This document shows positions 14,770 through 24,729 of a DNA stretch of 32,000 nucleotides, in pieces. The translations under genes were made by a program, and so were the position numbers. Origin of the DNA: Erysipelotrichaceae bacterium (lineage in GTDB: Bacteria; Bacillota_I; Bacilli_A; Erysipelotrichales; Erysipelotrichaceae); NCBI GenBank assembly GCA_963676105.1, contig OY781039.1:390001-422000 (forward strand), written 5' to 3'. Every line of letters begins with the position of its first letter. The first letter of the stretch is position 1. A model generated the notes under the pieces. It worked only from the letters and a program-made list of their open reading frames with translations, was not told the DNA's origin and made no database searches.

Positions 14770-15692
14770 TGGAACATATCTCAGTACTATTGAATGAATG
14801 TATCGAAGCACTTGCGATAAAGGAAAATGGTGTTTATGTCGATTGTACCTTCGGGCGTGGTGGACACAGTACAGAAATTCTTAAACGCTTAGGTGAAGAA
14901 GGAAGATTAATCGCAATTGATCAAGATCCTACCGCCATTGAAGTAGCAAACAACCTTCAAAAGACATATCCAAATTTAATTGTTCATGCATCAGATTTTG
15001 GGCAATTAGAATCTATTGTTAATCAAAGTGGATTTGAAAAGGTAGATGGTATCCTCTTAGATTTAGGGGTTTCATCACCTCAGTTTGATCAATCTGATCG
15101 AGGTTTCAGTTATCGCTATGATGCGCAATTAGATATGCGTATGAATACAACACAAAGTCTAAATGCATATGAAGTTGTTAATAACTATTCATTTGAAGAT
15201 TTAAAAAGAATTTTTAAACAATATGGCGAAGAAAAATTTGCCCTACAAATTGCACGAAAAATTGAACAAAGTAGAAACATTAAACCAATTCAAACAACCT
15301 TTGAATTAGTAGATGTCATTAAATCAGCTTTGCCAGCTAAGGTCCTATCAAAAAAGGGACATCCAGCTAAACAAGTTTTCCAAGCTATTCGCATAGAAGT
15401 AAACGATGAGTTAGGACAACTGAAAAAAGTCTTAGAACAAGCTATTCATTTACTAAACATTGATGGTGTACTAGCCATCATTAGCTTTCACTCTTTAGAA
15501 GACAGATTAGTTAAGAGAACATTCAATGAATGTGTTGAAGATAAAACACCATCTAAACTACCTGTTAAAGATGAAAAAACAAGTGCATTTGAATTATTAA
15601 GTAAAAAAGCAATTACAGCCAGTGATGAAGAATTAGAACTTAATCAAAGAGCTCATTCTGCAAAGCTTAGGGTGTTGATAAAAAGGAGATAG
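14769..15692 (+). CDS. rsmH: 16S rRNA (cytosine1402-N4)-methyltransferase RsmH
   Basis: HISVLLNECIEAL...DCTFGRGGHS...FHSLEDR motifs. TAATG overlap with mraZ. Confidence 0.95.
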   Translation: MEHISVLLNECIEALAIKENGVYVDCTFGRGGHSTEILKRLGEEGRLIAIDQDPTAIEVANNLQKTYPNLIVHASDFGQLESIVNQSGFEKVDGILLDLGVSSPQFDQSDRGFSYRYDAQLDMRMNTTQSLNAYEVVNNYSFEDLKRIFKQYGEEKFALQIARKIEQSRNIKPIQTTFELVDVIKSALPAKVLSKKGHPAKQVFQAIRIEVNDELGQLKKVLEQAIHLLNIDGVLAIISFHSLEDRLVKRTFNECVEDKTPSKLPVKDEKTSAFELLSKKAITASDEELELNQRAHSAKLRVLIKRR

Positions 15693-15694
15693 AA

Positions 15695-15997
15695 GTGATC
15701 AGACACGTCAAAACTAAAAAACAAAATCGTTTTCTAGAAAAGTTTTCACGAATCATTTTAGTTGTGGCGTTTATTTCTTTTTTAATTAGTTCAATTTTCT
15801 TAAAAACTTATAACGTACATCTCTCTGTTCAGATACAAGATATGCAAAATCGCATGGTACAATTGAGACAAGATAATGAAGTAATCTCACGTCATATTCA
15901 ACAACTATCATCAAAAGATAGAGTTGTATCCATTGCTTATCAAAATGGAATGGCAAATAACCAAGATAACATTGTCTTAATTCAATCAGGTGAATAG
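15695..15997 (+). CDS. ftsL: Cell division protein FtsL
   Basis: 100 aa with one TM segment followed by a coiled-coil region. It has a GTG start after SD aggag and sits between rsmH and the PBP gene. Confidence 0.75.
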   Translation: MIRHVKTKKQNRFLEKFSRIILVVAFISFLISSIFLKTYNVHLSVQIQDMQNRMVQLRQDNEVISRHIQQLSSKDRVVSIAYQNGMANNQDNIVLIQSGE

Positions 15998-18172
15998 ATG
16001 AAAAGACGCAATTCGTTTGCTTTAAAATTAATGTCCATACTTCTGTTGGTGATTCTTGTTGGAATAGTCATCAACAGTTTTTTCATATCCATTATTGGAA
16101 CGCACATAAATTCAAATTCTGATTTGAAAACGTACGCAGCCAATGTTTCAACACAAAAAAATATTCTTCAAGCTAAACGAGGTCTAATCCTTGATTCAGA
16201 AGGTAATGTTATAGCGCAAGATATTGAATCATATACGCTCTATGCAATAGTGGATGAGAATCGTCCATCCTATAAAAACCAACCATCTTATGTTGTAGAT
16301 AAAGAAGAAACCGCAACTTATTTAGCTGGTATATTAGATGCTCCCTATGACTATGTTATTGGGCGTTTAGAATCAGCAACTTATCAAACAGAGTTTGGGA
16401 TATATGGGTCTAAACTATCTCAAGATATTAAAGATGAAATTACGGCATTAAACCTACCTGGCTTAGGTTTTACAAAATCTTATACACGTGATTATCCTTT
16501 GGATAGTTTTTCATCATATTTAATCGGTTTTGTTGGAGAAGATGAGAGTAGTCATGAGATTGTTGGGAAAATGGGATTAGAAGCTAATTTTAATTCATTA
16601 TTGGCAGGTGTTGATGGATCAAAAGTATCAGTTGTGGATCGTTATGGTTACACACTTCCTGGTTATACCTCAGAGGTTATTGCACAAGAAGATGGTAAAA
16701 CCATTCAATTAACCATTAATAAACAAATTCAAGAACAACTTGAATCTTCATTTTTAATCACAGAAGAAACCTTTGATGCGACTGAAATATTTGGTGGAGT
16801 TATGGAAGTGGATACTGGAAAAATACTTGCTTTGGGTCAATATCCAAGCTTTAATCCAAATGTATTAGATGTTGATGAATTTAAGAATTTTGCGACGCAG
16901 TATATTTATGAACCTGGCTCAACAATGAAATCATTTACGTATGCTGCAGCGATTGATACAGGTGTATATAATGGTGACAAAACGTTTAATTCAGCCCCAT
17001 TTTTAGTTTCTTTAGATAGTGATGGAGAACCCTATCGAAATCTTGGATCTAATGCACTTGTCATTGGGACAATACGTAATGCTCATAATCATTCATGGGG
17101 ATATATAACATACAATGAAGGTTTTGCTTATTCATCGAATGTAGGGATAGCCTCACTTTTAACCAATGATTTAGATTTAGATGTCTTTCAGGAATATTTA
17201 GTGCGTTTTGGGTTTAACGAAGATGTCGAAGTTTATGGATTAAATGAAGTTATTGGTCGAATAAATTTTGAATGGCCATATGACAAATTAACCGTAGGTT
17301 TTGGTCAAGGAATTACGATTAATATGATGCAGTTGATGCAAGCCTACACAGCCATTTTTTCTGATGGCACTATGGTAAAACCTTATGTCATTGAAAGTAT
17401 CACTGATCCTTTGACTCAAGAGGTTGAGTATCAAGCTGAAACAAAGGTAATTGGACAACCTATCAAGGAAGAAACAGCCCTTCAAATGCAAGATTTAATG
17501 TACAGAGTTACTCAGTATGAACCTACACCAGGAACAGCACGTGCTTATAATGTTGATGGTTTAGAAATACTCGCAAAAACAGGTACAGCTCAAATATTTA
17601 TCGATGGAGAATACTCTAATGATGAGTTCTTATACTCGATTATGATTGGTTTACCAGCAGATAATCCAGAAGTCATGCTTTATTATGCTTTTAGAGCTCC
17701 AGCAACTTTAAATGCTCACTTTAGACCTGATGCTGTACAACAAATATTAACGACGATTGCGCGTGAATATAACTTACGTGAAGAAGATATAACTCAAACT
17801 GTTGTTCAAAATGAAGATTTAGATAGTTATGAATTACCAAATTTCATCAATCATAGTATTGATTATGCACTAAATTATTTAAATCTTTATACCTCACATA
17901 CATACACTTTAGGCAATAAGACATCTATTTTGGATCAATATCCTAGTGCAACAAGTAAAATACTAAATACACAGAATATATTTTTACTAACAAGCAATGA
18001 TTTTATAGAAATGATTGATCTTAGCGGCATGAGTTTAAAAGATGTTCGTGCTTTTGCTTCACTAACGAATTTAAACTTAAGTGTAGAAGGGATTGGGCTG
18101 GCTCTATCTCAATCGATTGAAAAGGGTAGTATTTTAGAAAGTGGTAAAGAATTACACGTTGTATTTGGTTAA
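15998..18172 (+). CDS. pbpB: Class B penicillin-binding protein (PBP2B/FtsI type) with two C-terminal PASTA-like domains
   Basis: N-terminal TM segment and the transpeptidase motifs STMK, SSN and KTGTA. The ~130-aa C-terminal extension resembles PASTA repeats. Confidence 0.92.
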   Translation: MKRRNSFALKLMSILLLVILVGIVINSFFISIIGTHINSNSDLKTYAANVSTQKNILQAKRGLILDSEGNVIAQDIESYTLYAIVDENRPSYKNQPSYVVDKEETATYLAGILDAPYDYVIGRLESATYQTEFGIYGSKLSQDIKDEITALNLPGLGFTKSYTRDYPLDSFSSYLIGFVGEDESSHEIVGKMGLEANFNSLLAGVDGSKVSVVDRYGYTLPGYTSEVIAQEDGKTIQLTINKQIQEQLESSFLITEETFDATEIFGGVMEVDTGKILALGQYPSFNPNVLDVDEFKNFATQYIYEPGSTMKSFTYAAAIDTGVYNGDKTFNSAPFLVSLDSDGEPYRNLGSNALVIGTIRNAHNHSWGYITYNEGFAYSSNVGIASLLTNDLDLDVFQEYLVRFGFNEDVEVYGLNEVIGRINFEWPYDKLTVGFGQGITINMMQLMQAYTAIFSDGTMVKPYVIESITDPLTQEVEYQAETKVIGQPIKEETALQMQDLMYRVTQYEPTPGTARAYNVDGLEILAKTGTAQIFIDGEYSNDEFLYSIMIGLPADNPEVMLYYAFRAPATLNAHFRPDAVQQILTTIAREYNLREEDITQTVVQNEDLDSYELPNFINHSIDYALNYLNLYTSHTYTLGNKTSILDQYPSATSKILNTQNIFLLTSNDFIEMIDLSGMSLKDVRAFASLTNLNLSVEGIGLALSQSIEKGSILESGKELHVVFG

Positions 18173-18174
18173 TA

Positions 18175-18183
18175 TGCTATAAT
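18175..18183 (+). promoter_or_regulatory. Candidate internal extended -10 promoter (TGcTATAAT) ahead of mraY
   Basis: TG 18175-76 and TATAAT 18178-83, within the 30-nt pbpB-mraY gap. Confidence 0.4.
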
Positions 18184-18202
18184 TCAAATCGGTAAAAACC
18201 AT

Positions 18203-19159
18203 ATGGATGCAATACAAATATTCTTTATAAGTTTAGGCTTTTCATGGCTTATCTATCCTTACTTTATTCGTTTTCTTCAAATGCGCAATCGTACACAATC
18301 TGTGAGTGAATATGCGCTAGATTCGTTTAAAGAAAAGGCAAAAACACCAACATTAGGTGGTTTTGTATTTTTGTTTATTCCTTTAGTTTCTTTTATTTTC
18401 TTTTACAAATTTAACTTACGTAATCCAAGAATTAATCTTGTTTTATTAACGTATTTAGTTTATGGACTGATTGGGTTTGTGGATGATTTAAAAATATTAA
18501 TTGAAAAAGATAATGCAGGACTTTCTGCTGGACTGAAATTTAGTCTACAAGTTTTATTTGCGGCTATTCTTTATACATTTTTCAAAACAAGTTTAAGTAC
18601 AGAAATAATGATTCCAATGATTGATATTGTGATTGATTTTGGACCATTTTATATGGTGTTGGTTTTAATTATGTTGGCAGGGGCAAGTAATGGCGTCAAC
18701 TTAACAGATGGCATGGATGCATTAGCTGGTGGAACAGTCTTAATATCACTTACTGGCTTTGCGATATTAGCTTATCTAAAAGGTGAAATGTTGATTTTAG
18801 CTTTTATCGCGGCGGTTGCAGGGAGTTTATTAGGCTATTTAAAATTTAACTGGCATCCTGCAAAGATCTTTATGGGTGATACAGGGTCACTTCCTTTAGG
18901 AGCTTTATTAGCAGCTTTAGCGATTGTTTTGAAATTAGAACTTATTTTACTTGTGATTGGTTTTGTTTTTGTTTGGGAAACAGTTTGTGTTATCTTACAA
19001 ATCTTTTGGGTTAAAACTTTCAAAAAGCGCATCTTTAGATACACCCCAATTCACTATAGTTTTACACTGGCAGGACATAAAGAAGTGCATGTTGTTTTAA
19101 TGTTCTATTTAATTAGTATCATTTCGGTTAGCTTAGGTGTATGGATGGCGCTTGTATGA
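18203..19159 (+). CDS. mraY: Phospho-N-acetylmuramoyl-pentapeptide transferase MraY
   Basis: 318-aa polytopic membrane protein with NGVNLTDGMDALAGG and FMGDTGSLPLGA motifs. Confidence 0.95.
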   Translation: MDAIQIFFISLGFSWLIYPYFIRFLQMRNRTQSVSEYALDSFKEKAKTPTLGGFVFLFIPLVSFIFFYKFNLRNPRINLVLLTYLVYGLIGFVDDLKILIEKDNAGLSAGLKFSLQVLFAAILYTFFKTSLSTEIMIPMIDIVIDFGPFYMVLVLIMLAGASNGVNLTDGMDALAGGTVLISLTGFAILAYLKGEMLILAFIAAVAGSLLGYLKFNWHPAKIFMGDTGSLPLGALLAALAIVLKLELILLVIGFVFVWETVCVILQIFWVKTFKKRIFRYTPIHYSFTLAGHKEVHVVLMFYLISIISVSLGVWMALV

Positions 19160-20454
19160 AAAATGCTTTAATTATTGGATCTGCAAAATCAGGAAATGCG
19201 GTTAGTAAACTTTTATCACATCATCATGTTCAATGCACTTTAATTGATGAGAGAAAAATCAATGATATCGATCAATTAAAAGCTTTAAGTATTAACTGTA
19301 TTGAAGGTGCTTTTGATGAGTCTATTTTAAATAATCAATTTGATTTAATTGTTAAAAATCCAGGCATTCCACAATCGCATCCATTTATTCAAGCGTGCGT
19401 GAATAAAGGTTATTTTATATATACAGAAATTGAAGTTGCCTCATGGTTCGCAAAACATTATCGTTATGCATCTATTACTGGTACAAATGGTAAGACAACG
19501 ACAACAGAGCTTTTACAATCTATTTTAAAACTTGAAAGCGAAAATAATACTGCTGCAGGTAATCTAGGATTACCTTTAAGTGAAATCGTATTAAACGATA
19601 AAATCGGACATAAAAAAGTCGCAATGGAAATTGCAGCATTTCAATTATTAGGGATTGAGAAATATCATCCTGAAGTCAGTGTTATTTTAAATTTAGCACC
19701 CGATCATCTTGATGTATTTAAAGATACTGATGAATATTATCAAGCAAAATCACTCGTATGTAAAAATCAAACAAACAATGATTGGTTTCTAAATAACTTA
19801 GATGATGAAAATGTAAAAAAATATGCGAAACCACAATGTAAAGTGATCAATTATTCATTAAGTCAAAAAACTGATTTATGTTTAGAAGGAGTGTTAGTTA
19901 AACTTTTTAATACTGTTCTATTTGATACAACGGATTTAAAGATAAAAGGTTTACATAATATTCAAAACGCTATGGTTGCGGCTGCATGTGCCTATAAATT
20001 AGATGTATCTATTGAAATTATACAAAAAGCTATAAGTACTTTTAAAGGTGTTGAACATCGTATTGAGTTTATTAAAGAAGTTAATGGTATTGAATACTAC
20101 AATGATTCAAAAGCTACCACAGCAGAAAGTACTAAGGTTGCCTTAAATGCTTTTGATAAACCCCTTATAGCACTAGTAGGTGGTTATGATAAGAAGACAG
20201 GCTTTAATATTCTAAAAGAAGATTTAAAAAACTGTAAAGCAGTGATTGCTTTTGGTGCGACAAAACAACAATTTAAAGATTTATATCCAGATACAATTTT
20301 ATGTGAAGATATGAAAGAAGCCTTTAATAAAGCGAATGAACTTGCGATTAGTGGAGATGTTGTTTTGCTTTCACCAGCTTGTGCAAGTTATGACCAGTTT
20401 AAAAACTTTGAAGAGCGTGGAAAAGAGTTTAAATCTTTTGTTTCTAAACTCTAA
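19156..20454 (+). CDS. murD: UDP-N-acetylmuramoylalanine--D-glutamate ligase MurD
   Basis: The Mur ligase P-loop GTNGKTTT is present. Start is placed at ATG 19156 (MKNALIIG), which forms an ATGA overlap with the mraY stop. The track start at 19141 lies inside mraY. Confidence 0.93.
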   Translation: MKNALIIGSAKSGNAVSKLLSHHHVQCTLIDERKINDIDQLKALSINCIEGAFDESILNNQFDLIVKNPGIPQSHPFIQACVNKGYFIYTEIEVASWFAKHYRYASITGTNGKTTTTELLQSILKLESENNTAAGNLGLPLSEIVLNDKIGHKKVAMEIAAFQLLGIEKYHPEVSVILNLAPDHLDVFKDTDEYYQAKSLVCKNQTNNDWFLNNLDDENVKKYAKPQCKVINYSLSQKTDLCLEGVLVKLFNTVLFDTTDLKIKGLHNIQNAMVAAACAYKLDVSIEIIQKAISTFKGVEHRIEFIKEVNGIEYYNDSKATTAESTKVALNAFDKPLIALVGGYDKKTGFNILKEDLKNCKAVIAFGATKQQFKDLYPDTILCEDMKEAFNKANELAISGDVVLLSPACASYDQFKNFEERGKEFKSFVSKL

Positions 20455-20503
20455 ATTTGTCCTTTAAGAATAGACAATTTTGAATTATAATAGAACAGCA
20501 ACC

Positions 20504-20800
20504 ATGAACAAAATGGAAGATATTTTAAATGCGTACCCGACTTTTAAACTAAGTTTTATGCTTAGGTTGGGGATGATTCAAAAGGAAAGTCTAGCTCAAC
20601 TCAGTGAGGAACAATTTTTTGATGCCTTAATGGGTATTAAATGGAAAGCTGGCATTCCAAGTAAGTTTCACGAAGTCGTTAATGATATTTTTCAATTGTC
20701 GGCGGATGAGATTGTAGCTTATCTTTCACGTAAAGCTATAATTGACGCACGTAAAAACAATTTAGACGAGTTTGCATCCTATTTCGGAGGGAAATCATGA
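20504..20800 (+). CDS. Small ComN/YrzD-like post-transcriptional regulator family protein (tentative)
   Basis: About 98 aa. The W..K...P...HEVVNDIFQLSADEIVAYL region resembles my recollection of the ComN family. Its position immediately upstream of and overlapping secDF matches B. subtilis yrzD-secDF. The start is ambiguous (TTG 20480, ATG 20504 or ATG 20513) and there is no clear SD. Confidence 0.55.
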   Translation: MNKMEDILNAYPTFKLSFMLRLGMIQKESLAQLSEEQFFDALMGIKWKAGIPSKFHEVVNDIFQLSADEIVAYLSRKAIIDARKNNLDEFASYFGGKS

Positions 20801-23085
20801 AAAAGAATTCAAGATTAATTATTTTCTTTACAACGGTTTTAGCTGTTGTCATCTTGATCGGTGCTTTCATGAACGATGTAAGAAACAATATGACTTTAGG
20901 TTTAGACCTACAAGGTGGTTTCGAAATTGTTTATGAAGTTAGTCCACTCAATGAAGGTGGTACCGTACCAGATATGTCAGCTGTTACCCAAAGTATCAGT
21001 AAACGTATCAATGTATTAGGGGTATCAGAACCAGAAATTGCGATTGAAGGCGAAGATCGAATTCGGATTCAATTGGCAGGTGTTGCGGATCAACAAGAAG
21101 CGCGTACCATTATTTCTACAACTGCTAACTTAACATTTAGAGATGTTAATGATAATTTATTAGCGGATGCGACCATTCTTACTGAAGGTGGCGCAAGTTT
21201 AAGTTATGAAAATGGTGTACCTGTTGTTAGTTTAAAAATTGCAGATAAAGATGCTTTCTATGATTTAACAAGCAAAGTTGCAGCGATGGCTAGCGGTAAT
21301 AATCTCATTGTTACTTGGTTAGATTTTGAAGAAGGTGTAGATTCATATCAAAATGAGCAAGAACGTGTTTCTAATGGTTTAGAACCTGCCTATATTTCTG
21401 CAGCAAGTGTAAGTAGTGGGATTAATGGTGATGCGATTATTAAAGGTTCGTTCTCTGAAACAGAAGCTCGTACTTTAGCATCTTTAATCAACTCAGGATC
21501 ACTACCTGTTAAGTTAACTGAAATCTATTCAAATGTTGTTTCAGCTGAATATGGTATTAATGCTTTCTCAACAACAGCCTTTGCGGGAATTATTGGGGTC
21601 TTAGGTGTTGCGTTATTCATGATCTTTGTGTATCGCTTACCAGGTCTTGTCTCAGCTATAATGCTTGCATTCTACGTTTTTATCACAATTTTGGCGTATA
21701 ACACGATGGGTGGTGTCTTTACACTACCTGGTATCGCAGCCCTTGTATTAGGGGTTGGGATGACTGTTGATGCGAATGTTATTACTTTCGAAAGAATTAA
21801 GGATGAACTTTATCTTGGTCGATCACTTGAAAAAGCTAGTGAAGAAGGACATCAATTAGCTTGGCGTACAATTTTTGATTCACAATTCACAACCTTTATC
21901 GCAGCCTTTATCCTATATGTATTTGGATCGGGTTCTGTCAAAGGTTTTGCGACAATGTTAATTGTAACCATTATGGTTACCATCTTATTAAATGTTTTAT
22001 TTACTAAATTCTTATTAACTCAACTTATTAAATCAGGTAAGTTTGATGATAAACCTGAATACTTCAATGTTAAGAAGGAACAAATCCCTGACTTAAATAA
22101 AGGTGAAGAACAAAAATACTTCGGTCGTTTTGAAAATGTAGATTTTGTTAAGAAATCAAAACCATTTATCTATATGTCAATTGCGATTATCTCTGCAGGG
22201 CTATTGTCTTCGATTATTCAATTTAGTATTGGAAATGGCCCATTAAATTTAGGAATTGATTTCGCATCAGGTACTAAAATTACGATTAATTCAGATATTA
22301 AATTAAGTGAAGCAGAATTGATTAGTGATTTTGAAAACTTAGGATTATCAAGTTTTAGTATCCAATTATCAGGTGATACCGTTGCTTATATGACTACTCG
22401 TGATACCATCGAAAGAGCGCAACTTGATGAAATTAATGATGTGTTCTTAGAAAAATATGGTCAAGAGGTTAATGATTCTGTTGTTTCACCAGTTATTGGT
22501 TTTGAATTAGCTCAAAATGCGGTCTTCTTATCGATTTTAGCTTGGATATTAATTATGATCTTTATTACCATTCGCTTTGAATTTGATTATGCGATTGGGA
22601 CCATTGTGGCTTTACTACATGATTTGTTCATTGTCTTAGCTGTCTTCTCCATCTTTAGATTAGAAGTTAATACTGAACTTATCGCAGTTCTACTTGCGAT
22701 TATCGGTTACTCAGTTGATGACTCGATTGTTATCTTTGATAGAATTCGTGAAAATGTTAATGCTTTTGGAAGTAATCATATACCAAAGGAAGCTTATCGT
22801 AAGATTGTTAATGATTCACTTCGCGCAACCTTAATGCGTTCTTTATATAACACATTCACAACCCTTATTCCTGTCGCTTTCTTAATTGGATTAGGTTCTA
22901 ACTCAATCTTTGTCTTCAATGTTGCGATGTTAGTCGGACTTATGGCAGGTGCTTATTCTTCAATCTTTATTGCTGCTCAACTTTGGTATTACATGCGTAT
23001 AAACGCTAAAGTTAAAGTTAAAAAAGTTAAAGTTAAAAAGAATAACGAACCTGAAGAATATACAGTTATAGGAATTAATGATTAG
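20797..23085 (+). CDS. secDF: Fused protein-export membrane protein SecDF
   Basis: 762 aa with SecD-like and SecF-like halves, each having a periplasmic-type loop plus a TM bundle. SD ggaggg is upstream. There is a 4-nt overlap with the upstream ORF. Confidence 0.95.
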   Translation: MKKNSRLIIFFTTVLAVVILIGAFMNDVRNNMTLGLDLQGGFEIVYEVSPLNEGGTVPDMSAVTQSISKRINVLGVSEPEIAIEGEDRIRIQLAGVADQQEARTIISTTANLTFRDVNDNLLADATILTEGGASLSYENGVPVVSLKIADKDAFYDLTSKVAAMASGNNLIVTWLDFEEGVDSYQNEQERVSNGLEPAYISAASVSSGINGDAIIKGSFSETEARTLASLINSGSLPVKLTEIYSNVVSAEYGINAFSTTAFAGIIGVLGVALFMIFVYRLPGLVSAIMLAFYVFITILAYNTMGGVFTLPGIAALVLGVGMTVDANVITFERIKDELYLGRSLEKASEEGHQLAWRTIFDSQFTTFIAAFILYVFGSGSVKGFATMLIVTIMVTILLNVLFTKFLLTQLIKSGKFDDKPEYFNVKKEQIPDLNKGEEQKYFGRFENVDFVKKSKPFIYMSIAIISAGLLSSIIQFSIGNGPLNLGIDFASGTKITINSDIKLSEAELISDFENLGLSSFSIQLSGDTVAYMTTRDTIERAQLDEINDVFLEKYGQEVNDSVVSPVIGFELAQNAVFLSILAWILIMIFITIRFEFDYAIGTIVALLHDLFIVLAVFSIFRLEVNTELIAVLLAIIGYSVDDSIVIFDRIRENVNAFGSNHIPKEAYRKIVNDSLRATLMRSLYNTFTTLIPVAFLIGLGSNSIFVFNVAMLVGLMAGAYSSIFIAAQLWYYMRINAKVKVKKVKVKKNNEPEEYTVIGIND

Positions 23086-23108
23086 ACCGGTAATGGTCTT
23101 TTCTTTTT
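23084..23108 (+). terminator. Candidate terminator of secDF
   Basis: agacc-ggtaat-ggtct: only a 5-bp stem, followed by tttctttttt. Confidence 0.45.
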
Positions 23109-23109
23109 G

Positions 23110-23118
23110 TGATACACT
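23110..23118 (+). promoter_or_regulatory. Extended -10 promoter (TGaTACACT); +1 predicted at the A of recJ ATG 23125 (leaderless)
   Basis: TG 23110-11 and TACACT 23113-18. Exactly 6 nt (tattct) precede ATG 23125. No SD is present. Confidence 0.45.
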
Positions 23119-23124
23119 TATTCT

Positions 23125-24675
23125 ATGATTTTAAATACAAATCCGTTGATTGATGAGATCATCAAATTTAATCAATTAAATGAAGATCAAATTAATCAAT
23201 TAAAAAATCCACAAACACTAGAGATATCAAATGATGAAGCTGTCTTGGCTGTAGTCGAAAGATTAAAAGAAGCACAAGCTAAAAATGAGCGAATTTTTAT
23301 ATGTGGTGATTATGATTGTGATGGTTTATCTTCAACCTCAATTTTAGTCAGTACATTAAGACAAATGGGCTGTGAAGTTGGCTTTTATATTCCTAATCGA
23401 TTTAAAGATGGCTATGGTATTAATGTTAATATTGCAAAGTTAGCGTTAAATAAAAACTATGACTTAACGATCCTGTTAGATAATGGTGTTTCAGCATTTG
23501 AAGCGATTGATTTAATCCAATCCCACAACAAAGAAGTTATTGTGATCGATCATCATGAAATACATACTGAAGTTAAGGCAGAGTTTTTATTACATCCAGA
23601 TGTATTAAGTGATCATTACCAAAGCATGTGTACCAGTGGACTCGTTCATCTAATCAGTTATCATTTAGTTGGTTATCAACCCTATTTATGTGCTCTGGCG
23701 GGTTTGGCAACCATTGCCGATATGATGCCTTTATGGAATTATAATCGTGTTTTAGTGCTTGAAGCTTTAAAGGAAATGAATCAACATAGATTTCTACAAT
23801 TAACTTCACTTCTAAAAAACTCTAACGAAACATTCACAGAAGAAGTTTGTTCGTTTCAAATTATTCCTAAGTTAAATGCAGTGGGGCGCTTAGCGGATGT
23901 GGCTAATCCTAATCGAGTTGTTGATTATTTATGCTTAGATGACAAAGTCGAAATTATGAATCTAGCACAACAAATCAATCAAATAAATGAACAACGAAAA
24001 AACTTACATCAAGTGATGGTCAAAAAAGCACATTCAATGATTAGTGATGATGCGGTTATTATGCTAGCAGATGAAAGTTTTCATGAAGGTGTTGTTGGCA
24101 TTACTGCGGGACAACTTTCAAATTTTTACCAAAAAGTAACGTTAGTTATGCATGATGATGGACAAAGACTAAAGGGTAGTGTTCGATCTTATGGAAATAT
24201 TCATCTTAGAGAACTATTTGAACCAGCTCTACATCTTGTCAGTAAATATGGTGGTCATGGGGCTGCAGCTGGTATCGAAATTGAAAAGGAACATTTTGAA
24301 GCATTTAAAATCTTGGTTAATGAGAATTCAAAACAACTTTCTACAGAAGAAACAGTCATTGCTAGCATTGATTTTGATCCTAGTATCATTAATGTAGCGA
24401 ATCTTAAAGGATTGAGTGAATATGCGCCATATGGCATGAGTTTTATGATTCCAAGTGTAAAGATTAAAGATGCAGAAATCCTTGAAATAAAGCCTTTAAA
24501 AACGGGAAGAAAGATAAGAATGCTTATCGGTGAAAAAAGCTATGATGTGTTAGATTTCAATCAACAAAGCGTTTTACTAAAAGAACACCAAGTGATTGAT
24601 TTAATTGCTCGCTTTACCCTTAATTCATTTAGAGGGGTTGAAAGTATTAGTTTATTTACAGAGAAGATTAATTGA
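23125..24675 (+). CDS. recJ: Single-stranded-DNA-specific exonuclease RecJ (short form, 516 aa)
   Basis: DHH family motifs (ICGDYDCDG, DNG, VIDHHE) and the DHHA1 motif GGHGAAAG. The secDF-recJ-apt-rel order matches B. subtilis. Confidence 0.88.
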   Translation: MILNTNPLIDEIIKFNQLNEDQINQLKNPQTLEISNDEAVLAVVERLKEAQAKNERIFICGDYDCDGLSSTSILVSTLRQMGCEVGFYIPNRFKDGYGINVNIAKLALNKNYDLTILLDNGVSAFEAIDLIQSHNKEVIVIDHHEIHTEVKAEFLLHPDVLSDHYQSMCTSGLVHLISYHLVGYQPYLCALAGLATIADMMPLWNYNRVLVLEALKEMNQHRFLQLTSLLKNSNETFTEEVCSFQIIPKLNAVGRLADVANPNRVVDYLCLDDKVEIMNLAQQINQINEQRKNLHQVMVKKAHSMISDDAVIMLADESFHEGVVGITAGQLSNFYQKVTLVMHDDGQRLKGSVRSYGNIHLRELFEPALHLVSKYGGHGAAAGIEIEKEHFEAFKILVNENSKQLSTEETVIASIDFDPSIINVANLKGLSEYAPYGMSFMIPSVKIKDAEILEIKPLKTGRKIRMLIGEKSYDVLDFNQQSVLLKEHQVIDLIARFTLNSFRGVESISLFTEKIN

Positions 24676-24698
24676 CTCTACTGTATTGATTAAGGCTT

Positions 24699-24707
24699 TG
24701 TTATAAT
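24699..24707 (+). promoter_or_regulatory. Extended -10 promoter (TGtTATAAT) for apt
   Basis: TG 24699-700 and TATAAT 24702-07. Confidence 0.5.
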
Positions 24708-24729
24708 AGAATAGTTAATGGAGATAGAT

